The position numbers and the translations under genes were made by a program. Under the pieces are notes generated by a model. It worked only from the letters and a program-made list of their open reading frames with translations. It was not told the origin of the DNA and ran no database searches. A stretch of 63,349 nt of DNA, filler included, from Octopus bimaculoides (taxonomy: Eukaryota): NCBI RefSeq assembly GCF_001194135.2. It is 5 parts of 4 records of this genome, joined end to end, with 100 filler letters (N's around TTAATTAATTAA, not from the genome) between each part and the next. Parts side by side here need not be neighbours in the genome. Positions count along the whole stretch, not along the records: positions 1 to 31,207 come from NC_068986.1; positions 31,308 to 54,888 come from NC_068997.1; 3 more parts are not named here. One strand, written 5' to 3'. Positions 29,447-39,900 of this stretch are shown here, piece after piece (the stretch's first letter is position 1; every line of letters starts with the position of its first letter).

Positions 29447-30747
29447 AAAAAAAGAAAACAAACCCATCCTTATTTAATTTCCTCAAACCATTATCATTTT
29501 AAAATCTGTTTTGCAAATACTTCAACCATTCTTAGATCTTCTTCCTTGGTCTTGTTTTTAGAATTGCGTTCCCTAATCTATTAAAATTGGTTGCAAAACA
29601 CCTGGATAATCCTCAAATGGCAACATTTTGTTTGTGTTCTGTGTTTCATCAAAATGACAATTATTTTACTTTAGTGTGAATTTGTTTTCAATTCCTATTA
29701 GTCTTTTAACATTTTGCTTGTGTTTATATATAAACACAGTAAAACACATGACCTATAGCTGGTGGTGGTGGTGATGTTGGCAGTAAATGTGTGTGTGTGT
29801 GTAGTTTGCTTCACTTTTATATTCTAGTTGATAACTTTTGTCTGTAGGTGGTATTAAGCTCTCGGTAATTACTAGTTACTCACTGGATAACTGCATTTGT
29901 GTACAGAGACTAAATAGCCGCAGGTGTTACCGACTTAACATTGAATATGCATTGCTGTGTATTTGAACTTAGGTGTGTACAGTTGTCTCTGTACAAACAG
30001 TTTATTAGAATTTACATGTTCACCACTTGTAAATAAAGCACATGGCCTTTTTGAAAGACTTTTTCCATTGAGGAGTTTACCTTAGAAAGAAAGATACAAC
30101 AGTTCTTCAGATACTGAATAATCGGCATTGTTTGTTCCTTTCTCTCTCTTCTTTACTATAATAGCTGTTTCATGCTTTAAACTGGTTGTCATTGTGTCTT
30201 TGATTAATTCCTTTCTGAATACCAATTAACTACTGCTTCTATTTCTCTTTTATGGCTCAATGTTCCTTACAAAGAAAGACTCTGTATGTGTGTGTGTTTT
30301 CTTAGAGTTTTCTGCTATTTGCTATATCTAAGAATAGTTGATTTTGGCAAGTCAATCTAGCTTACATTCTTTGAATAGTTGATAACTTTCTATGTTAATA
30401 ACCGTTTCAGATAATGAATTTCAAATCCACCGTTAAACGTGGTAACAAGTACAATTACTTTTCATAAGTCTTTCATGTCTATGTATCCTTTCTCTCTTTT
30501 ACAATCTCTTCAATATGACATTAAATTATGGAATCAACATAGTTTAATCCTTTATCTTCAAAGCACATTTGATTGAACTAATTGCAAAAATCATCAAGAA
30601 TTTAGATGTATTTAATATAAATGTTAAATTAAAAGTATTATTTTAAACCTAATTCAAGAAAAACAATGGAACTTTTTCGCTGATAGAATGATTCTAGATT
30701 GGTTTCAAATTTTGGTACAAGGCCATCAATTTTGGGTGAGGCAGTTA

Positions 30748-31136
30748 CTCTCTTTTACTCTTTTACTTGTTTCAGTCATTTGACTGCAGCCATGCTGGAG
30801 CACTGCCTTTAGTCGAGCAAATCGACCCCCAGGACTTATTCTTTGTAAGCCTAGTACTTATTCTATCAGTCTCTTTTGCTGAACCGCTAAGTTACGGGGG
30901 TCGTAAACATACCACCATTGGTTGTCAAGCAATGTTGGGGGGACAGACACACAAACATATATATACATATATACGACAGGCTTCTTTCAGTTTCCGTCAA
31001 CCAAATCCACTCACAAGGCTTTGGTCGGCCCGAGGCTATAGTAGAAGACACTTGCCCAAGATGCCACGCAGTGGGAATGAACGCGGAACCATGTGGTTGG
31101 TAAGCAAGCTACTTACCACACAGCCACTCCTGAGCC
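30748..31136 (-). mobile_element. tRNA-derived SINE, family B, full-length copy
   Basis: Head ggagtggctgtgtggtaagtagcttgc..gttcattcccactgcgtggc, body gccttgtgagtggatttgg, tail gactgaaacaagtaaaagag. Confidence 0.88.
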
Positions 31137-31207
31137 TTGCTTACATTGACCCCACTGCTCAACTGGTACTTATTTTATCAACTCTGAAAGAATGTAAAGA
31201 TAGACAA

Positions 31208-31307
31208 NNNNNNNNNNNNNNNNNNNNNNNNNNNNNNNNNNNNNNNNNNNNTTAATTAATTAANNNNNNNNNNNNNNNNNNNNNNNNNNNNNNNNNNNNN
31301 NNNNNNN
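31208..31307. other. Synthetic scaffold gap (N44-TTAATTAATTAA-N44)
   Basis: Identical 100-bp construct four times; the 12-mer places stops in all six frames. Confidence 0.95.
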
Positions 31308-31350
31308 ACACATATATATATATACACATATATATATATATATATATATA

Positions 31351-31562
31351 TAAACTTTAAATAGAGCTCAAAACTGATCCGTTGAAAATACTTTATTATA
31401 ATAATAATAATAATGAAAATGATCTATGAACATTTTTTTATAATATTTTATAATATGTATTAATCATTCTGGATGTTCCATCGAAATGTTCATAGGTCAT
31501 TTTCATTATTATTATAATAAAGTATTTTCAATGGATCAGTTTTGAGCTCTATCTAAAGTTGA
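31351..31562. mobile_element. Fold-back/MITE-like inverted repeat
   Basis: Arms of ~80 bp (31351-31435 and 31484-31562), e.g. atagagctcaaaactgatcc / ggatcagttttgagctctat; (TA)n on both sides. Confidence 0.75.
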
Positions 31563-31694
31563 TATATATATATATATATACAAAAACTCAACTGTGAGTA
31601 TTTTGCTCAGATTGTTAACAGATACTATATTATTTTGCCAAATTTTTGGTGTAAAAATATATATATATATTAATATTTTCTCTTTTCATTACAG

Positions 31695-31825
31695 GTCAAA
31701 TATTGCTACCCCAGGGAGAGTGGATCCAGCAACTCCTTGGTCAAGTAGGAAATCATCCGGGAAATTTGGCCTGTGAATATAGCATGCGTGTGAGAGGAGC
31801 AGGAAGAGAGGCGTTTTGTAAATAA
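31695..31825 (+). CDS. Probable terminal coding exon of an unidentified + strand gene, convergent with ACE
   Basis: Strong acceptor (attttctcttttcattacag); phase-1 frame QILLPQGEWIQQLLGQVGNHPGNLACEYSMRVRGAGREAFCK*; AATAAA at 31843-31848. The frame is inferred, and the other two frames stop earlier. Confidence 0.45.
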
Positions 31826-32188
31826 TTTATGAAATTGTTTCTAATAAATTTGTTGAAAATTAAGTTCATTTTTGTTTTGGTTCTTTGAGGGACACTGATG
31901 GACTAAATGGTTATTATTTAGTTTATGAGAAATCACTGAAGTTAATTACTGAGAGGCACCATCTGCATTAAAAAATAATAGTGACAGCAGCAAAAACCTA
32001 ATTAGAAATAATTATGTTGGCTGTGCAGTCAAGAAGTTTGTTTCCCATATACGTGATTTTGGGTTCAATCCCACTGCGTGACATCTTCACAGAATGTCTT
32101 CTACTATAGCTCAGGTTGACCAAAGTTGTGTGAATGGATTTGGTAGACAGAATCTGCTGAAAGAAGCCCATTGTATATACGTACATAC

Positions 32189-32270
32189 ATCTTCTCTGAG
32201 GTCTTCCAGGTAGGTAGGTACGTACGTACATACCTACCTACCTACCTACCTGGAAGACCTCAGAGAAGAT
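32189..32270. repeat. Perfect 32-bp inverted repeat with an 18-nt loop
   Basis: atcttctctgaggtcttccaggtaggtaggta and its exact reverse complement at 32239-32270. Confidence 0.95.
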
Positions 32271-32340
32271 AGGTAGAGTACAAAAAGTGCTAAAGCAGTG
32301 CTTCAGTAATAAATGACATCAACCAAAGATGTAAAAAGAG

Positions 32341-32402
<62 letters not shown>

Positions 32403-32403
32403 C

Positions 32404-32409
32404 TTTATT
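32404..32409 (-). terminator. Candidate ACE polyadenylation signal AATAAA just after the stop codon
   Basis: tttatt on the + strand, 3 nt after the TAA; usage not testable from DNA. Confidence 0.35.
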
Positions 32410-32412
32410 TAA

Positions 32413-32668
32413 TTAAGAGTAATTAAAAGAAGCTAAAATGGTAAGCAATAGAAGAAAGAAGTGTACAAGAACATTTGGTGAGTTTGAGGTACTATTACTT
32501 TTCTTGGGACATTTCCAGTTAATATCTTCATTCTTCATTTCATTCTTCAGCCAATCTTCCAAAGGTTTGAAGTAGTTCAACATTGGTGTGGCATCAATTT
32601 TGCTGGAGCCAGTCACCTGATGTAATGCTTCTGGCCATGGCAACGAAGAACCAAGTTTCAGCATGGCT
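32413..32668 (-). CDS. ACE: ACE terminal exon L with hydrophobic C-terminal tail
   Basis: ctcttgcag|A GCC ATG ... TCT TAA; [84 protein letters not shown]. Confidence 0.95.
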
Positions 32669-35600
32669 CTGCAAGAGGAAGAAGAGGGAAAGTGTGAGTA
32701 ATAAAAGTAGTGGTGGTGGTGGTGGTAGTTATAGTGATGATGTTTATGGTGGCTGTAGTGGTCGTAAGTTGTGATGATCGCGTTGTTGACAGTGTTACTA
32801 ATAGTGATGATTGGTGGTGGAGTAGTAGCGATGGTGGTAGTAGTAATGGTGAAGGGTGTATTAGTATTAGTGGTGGTTGTTGTGGTGGTAGTGGCAATGG
32901 CGGTGGTGGTGTTAATGATGTTAGTGTTGGTGATGGCAGGAGTGGTGTTGATGATGGTAGTTGCAGTGGTGATATTGGTTGTAGTGGTTATGTAAGATGT
33001 AGGAGGATATCGAGGTGTAAAGGTGATAGTGTGGTGGTGGGGGATTCTATGTTTGGACTGTTGTGGTGCATTGGCAGAACAAGAGAGAGATTAATCTGGG
33101 GTGTGGCTGGGTGTTGCATGCATGTGTGTGATATAATGTGGTGTGATGTGTGATATAGTGTAATATCATGTTGTGTGCATTATAGAACATTTGAATAATA
33201 GATATTTACTGTAAGTTCTGGTATGGTACAGTGAAATATATTATTGGTAAAGAGTTGAAATACTGTATGGTATAGTGCTATGCACTATGTTACAGTGTTA
33301 TACATTATGTTAGAGTGTCACACATTGTGGAGTAGTGTCATACACTGTTGCAGTGTCACGCACATATACACTGTGTTACTGTGTCACATAGTGTGATTCA
33401 CTATCACATTGTATACAATTTCACTCATTGTAACTGTTGTATACCTCTCGGGAACTCGCAGAGAAAACACAACGAGTTGTACAACTTAGTTATCACATTT
33501 ATTTATTAACTATAAACAAAGAACTCACTCACCGAATGTTAGTTATCAAGAAACAAGAATGTCTTCCTCACCATATATATCCCAATAACATTCAACCTCG
33601 ACAGTCAACCAAAACAGCAACGAAACAGGGACCTCAGACGAACTATATTGAAATATGGGACTTCAGACGAACAACAAACAAATCTAACAGTCCATATAAC
33701 AGTAACAGTGTCATACTTTATGTCACAGTGTTACGTATACATTATATCATAGTGTCATACATTGTGTTACATTTAAGTTTTATAACTTACTCCATTTTTT
33801 CCCCAGCTTCCGTACTATTATATATGTCACATTTATGCAGTTCTCCTGTGAAATGAGCAGCTTTACACAAGGCTTCATGGAATTGAAACTGGATTATATG
33901 ACTGACAAAGTATCTGAGGAAACAAAATATATACATGCATTCTGTATAAGATATAGATATACATACATACATATAAGCATAAGATGGAAGTCCAAATGAA
34001 CCTTTTTGTTATCCTATTGAAGACATGAAATTTTGATGGATGGTTTTAATTCAGATCACTTGAATCCTTTTCTTACCATTCTTATGCTGAAATACACTGC
34101 CTTTGGTTCAAGTAATTTTGAAATTAGTAAAAAATTTATTAAAATAACTGTCATTAACAAGTTGGTGTTTAAGGTGTGTGTGTGTACATACATACATACA
34201 TATATATATATATTGTGTTTATGTATGCTTATATAGAGACGAACCTGATATATGGTATAGCATTGGCAATATGCATCTTAGAACCTGGGTCAAAATCTTC
34301 TTCTGTTCGAGAAACTGGTGCACTCAAACCTTGATATTGGCATCTATAATTTGGAAGAAAGAAAATAACATACATACAATCATCATCATTTAACATTCAT
34401 TTTCTATGTTGGCATGGTGTGTATATACACACATGCATATATATGTACATATCATCATCATCACCATCTGACATCTGTTTTGTAAGCTGGCATGGGTTGG
34501 CTGGTTCAAAAGTGCGGCAGAAGACGGCACCAATACCAACCACTTCACAAAGTGTGACAAATGCATTTTACATTGCACTAATGAGATCACCGAGTAACTT
34601 GCAAGACAAGACAGCTAACAGGCTTCTTTACAGTTTCTGCCTAACACATGCACTTATAATATTTTGGTTGCTGGGATTACAGTAGAAGACACTTGCACAA
34701 GGTGTTTTGCAGTGGGACTGAAACTGAAACCATGTGGTTGTGAAGCAAATTTCTTAACCACACAGTTATGCCTGTACCTATGAATATGTTATGCAATTAG
34801 CCATGAACATAACAGTTTGCAAGGTGGTGCCTCAACATGGCCTTATACTGACCAATGACTGAAACAAGTAAAAGGTAAAAGACACAATGTTTGTTACAAA
34901 CCAAAACTGAAGTATATTTCTGCAAATCATCAATATCCTTTAATGACCATTTTCCATGCTGCCATGGGTTGGATGGATTGACCAGAGCTGCTGCTAAACT
35001 GAGGAGCTGCACCAGGTTCCAGTCTGATTTGGCTTGGTTTCTACAGCTGGATGCCCTTCCAACCACCAATGACCTTCCTAACCCCACCTCTCACATCATG
35101 TAGCGTTTTGTTATATTTACCCCTGCCTCTCTTCATGTAGTATTGTATTGTATTGACCCCTGCCATCCCACCTCCCATGTCATGTAGCAGTGTATTGCAT
35201 TTATCCCCACCTATCTCCATGTAGTATTGTTTTACATTGAATCCCTGCCACACCACATCTCACCATGTTGCAATGTTTTATAATTACCTCATATCCCACC
35301 ATGCTTCATTATATTCAGAAACTGGGATTTCTCCACTAAACAGCTTCCATCGATATGTATCTACAATGTAACTATATGGAAGGAACACCAATTTCTCCAA
35401 GGCACCCATCATCAAAAAGTTGATAGAACTCTCTGAAATTAAACATATTATTTCACGGATTATTATCTCATTAAAAAAAGCTGGGGTATAAATATACAAA
35501 GCCTAATATACTCGTCTGACAAGAGTACACCAGGCACATGCATCATAACTGTATTTTGAATAACTCAGAACGTAGTAGCAGATGAAATACCGCTAAGCAT

Positions 35601-36907
35601 TTCACCCGGTGCGCTAACGTTTCTGCCAGCTTGCCATTATTATTATTATTATTATTATTATTATCATTATTATTATTAAGGTGGCAAGCTAGAAGAATCA
35701 TTAGCATGCCAGGCAAAATGCTTAGTGGCATTTTGCCTGTCTTTATGCTTTGAGTTCAAATTCTTTTGAGGTCAACTTTGCCTCTTATCCTTTTGGGGGT
35801 CGATAAAATAAGTAGCAGTTGAGTACTGGAGTTGATGTAATCAACTAGCTCCCTCCCCCAAAATTTCCTGCCATGTGCTTTTAGTAGAAAGAATTATTAT
35901 TATTATTATTATTATCATTACAATTATCATTATTATTATTTAGGTGATGAGTTGGCAGAATCATCATGGACAAAATGTCTTGTGCTGTTTGCTCCAATTC
36001 TTTACATTTTGAGTTAAAAATCCTGTCAGGGTCAACTCTGCCTTTCATCCTTTTGGGGGGGTCAATAAAATAAGTACCAGTCAAATACTAGGACAGTGAT
36101 ATCAACTAATGTCTGCTCAATTGGAGCTGACCTGGGGTTGATTAATAACAACAACAAGAATAGCGACAACAACAACACAAGGAATATAGAATGTTTACCT
36201 TTTGATTGTATGAAATTTTTGAGTAGGCCAATTTTTTTTAAATGTTCTGGAGTTGATACAGATAACGCAAGAGTGTCACCAACAGCTTCATGAAATCCTG
36301 GGAAATATCAAAAACAAAGCAGATACATATCATGTAGATAAAACATGTAGACATCATGCAGACAAAAAGAAGACATCATATGGACGACTTGTAGACGTCA
36401 TGTGGACATCATAAACCGTGTGGTAAGAAGCTTGCTTCTCAATCACATGGTTTTAGGTTCAGTCTCTTCTTCAATTTCTTTGATGTGTTATCACATGGTA
36501 TTGCAAAGTCTATAATCTTAAATGTTTGTTTCTTTTGTCCCCTATTATCATATCTGGTCTTTTTTCAATAGTATGGTCAATCTTTATGGGAAAGTTCATG
36601 TCTGGTATATTCATTGTCATCAATTCACCACAGTGGAAGTTCACTGTCATCAATTCACTGTAGGGAAAGTTTACGATCATCAGTTCATTTTTTTTTTTCA
36701 ATAAAATGGTTTTTAACTATCAATGGTGAAATACTATGGATATATTTTCTTGGTAAACTTTCCTCAAGGTGAACCTTCTTCATGGTGAATTGATGGCAGC
36801 AGACTTTCCCTGTGGTGAATTGATGGTGGTGAACTTGCCTGTAATTGGAGAAGTTCCATAAAATGTTATTATTATCATCATCATTATTATTATTGTTATC
36901 ATCATCA

Positions 36908-36985
<78 letters not shown>

Positions 36986-39900
36986 NNNNNNNNNNNNNNN
37001 NNNNNNNNNNNNNNNNNNNNNNNNNNNNNNNNNNNNNNNNNNNNNNNNNNNNNNNNNNNNNNNNNNNNNNNNNNNNNNNNNNNNNNNNNNNNNNNNNNNN
37101 NNNNNNNNNNNNNNNNNNNNNNNNNNNNNNNNNNNNNNNNNNNNNNNNNNNNNNNNNNNNNNNNNNNNNNNNNNNNNNNNNNNNNNNNNNNNNNNNNNNN
37201 NNNNNNNNNNNNNNNNNNNNNNNNNNNNNNNNNNNNNNNNNNNNNNNNNNNNNNNNNNNNNNNNNNNNNNNNNNNNNNNNNNNNNNNNNNNNNNNNNNNN
37301 NNNNNNNNNNNNNNNNNNNNNNNNNNNNNNNNNNNNNNNNNNNNNNNNNNNNNNNNNNNNNNNNNNNNNNNNNNNNNNNNNNNNNNNNNNNNNNNNNNNN
37401 NNNNNNNNNNNNNNNNNNNNNNNNNNNNNNNNNNNNNNNNNNNNNNNNNNNNNNNNNNNNNNNNNNNNNNATTATTATTATTATTATTATTATTAAGGTG
37501 GCAAGCTGGCAGAATCATAAGCATGCCAAGCAGAATGCTTAGTGGCATTTCATTTGTCTTTACATTCTGAGTTCAAATTCCACTGAGTTGAGTACTGGAG
37601 TCAATTTGCCTCCCCACTCCTGCAAACCTACTGGCCATGTGCCAAAATTTGGAACTATTACTATAACATAATTTAAATTAAAATTCTGACAGTTAATTGA
37701 AATTTCAATGATGGTAATGATGATTAAAGATGATAAACTGACCTGGATTAGCTCCTTCTCTGAAGTAAATTGGCTGATCTGCATATTGTTGATAATATTG
37801 TATATGTCCCATTTCATGATGGATAACAATCAGGTCCTCCATTGTGATCTCTGTACACATCTTGATTCTGTGAAATATATTCAGTTTATATATAGCAGTG
37901 TGTACAAGAGCACATATATGCAAACGCACACAATATACAATATCTTGTTTTTTTTTTTATCTTTCTCTTATTTATTTTAATTATTGGACTGCAGCCATGC
38001 CACGATAGCACCTTGAAGGTGCTGTCAAACAAATTGACTCTAATACTTACTTTTCTTTCTTTAAGTCCTTTTGCCAAACTGGTAAGTTATGGAGGATGTA
38101 AATAAACCAACACTGGCTGTCAAGTGGTGGCAAGAACAAGCCCAAAGACACATGCACATACCACTCAAACTCACACATACACATATGATAGGCTTGCACA
38201 CAGTTTCTGTCTACCATATTCACTCACAAGGCATTAGTTGACCTGGGGCTATCGTGGAAGACACTTGCCCAAGGTACCATGCATTGGGACTGAACCCAAA
38301 ACTATGTGGTTGCAAAGCAAGCTTTTTAACAACACAGCCATGACTGCACCTATAAGTAAAAATTCCCCAAAATATGTCACAAGGAGCTCACCAAATGGAA
38401 GTTTCTAGAATGAAGTAAGCTATGTACCAGTGAAAACACATCAGCTTTGTATAGCAGAAAAAGCGCATAATCTCAGAAAATTACTTAAACATCACAGTAG
38501 ATTTTTTCACAAGCAGCCCACACTTTGACAAATATCCTCTGAGTCAATGAAAAATTTCACTATCACCAGACTAATCAATTGTCTTGTAAACACTTAACAC
38601 TTTCCATATATGCTGTGAAAGGTGTTAAATACTGACTAAAATCTAAAGATATATTCTATAGTACATTAATAGCATTGAAACAAAACACTATTAAAGTATC
38701 AGCAATTTATTCAGCAAACTAACTGCTGAGAATTACAATGTATGCAAATTAGGACATCCAGTTTACTTAAGGCTTTAGTAATAATATGATTACAAGCACT
38801 GTTTTTGTGTACAGTTGATAAACTCTATTTTATGATTTTATGAGTCTATTTTATGATTTAGCGGTCCTTGCATGAAATTCTTGTCTATTTTTTAGACAAA
38901 TATTACTTTGATGAGATTCATATGCATAAATGTAAATTTTTTTATAAATTCACTAGTGGATATGAATCGAAACAAACTGTAGGATATATATAGTGTGTCT
39001 GTGTTTGTCCCTCCAACATCGCTTGACAACTGATGCTGGTGTGTTTACGTCCCCATAACTTAGCGGTTCGGCAAAAGAGACCGATAGAATAAGTAATTGG
39101 CTTACACAGAATAAGCTCTGGGGTTGATTTGCTCGACTAAAGGCGGTGCTCCAGCATGGCCACAGTCAAATGACTGAAACAAGTAAAAGAAAAAAAAAAG
39201 AAAAAGCCACTGAGTCTGAACATGAAAGAAGAAACTTGTACAAAGTGTTGTATAGAGGGGCTGAACCCGAAAGCCATATGGTTGGGAAGTGAATTTCTTA
39301 ACCACACAGTCATGCCTGCACCTATGTAATACAAGATACACTACAGCTAAAGATAGAAACAGGTAGGATGGTCACAAGTGGAACATCTTTAATCATAGGT
39401 CTGCTGATGAGGGCTGACCTGGGTGGAAACAACATAACAACAGACAAGTGTAGGAGGTTGATATTTACCTGTAGTCATCTTTCTTGAAGAAATCCCAAGC
39501 TGAAGCATGACACACCATAGTTTTGTCTGGAATTTTGGTTAAAATAGATTTCTCCCAGAATGTTTTTGTCATTGCTTTGAGACCTAGAGATTTGAAAAAC
39601 CCTTCGGACAATTTAAACATCTGCTCAGCTGTGTAGTTCTGTAAAGAGAGAAACAAGGCAGAATTGCAGACATGGTAGACAGTGTTCCAAGAAAAGTTCC
39701 TGAAATAGTATACAAGTGGTAGTGGTGGTGTCAGTAGGGGTAGTGAGGTTGCCGTGTAACTTACAAGAAACAAAAGAAAAGAGGAAAAGGAAAAAGTTGC
39801 CATTTTTAAGAGGGAAGTATTTGAGAGGGGAAGCTGGAGGTGGGTGGCTTTATGCCGGGTACTAAAGAGGCTAACGTATGACAGAGAGGCAAGCACATGT

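Noticed and set aside
31252-31263. TTAATTAATTAA palindrome, four copies
   Set aside because: Always centred in exactly 44+44 Ns; an assembly linker, not biology
32658-33153. Val/Gly/Asp-rich ORFs
   Set aside because: Translations of a degenerate trinucleotide tract in the last ACE intron
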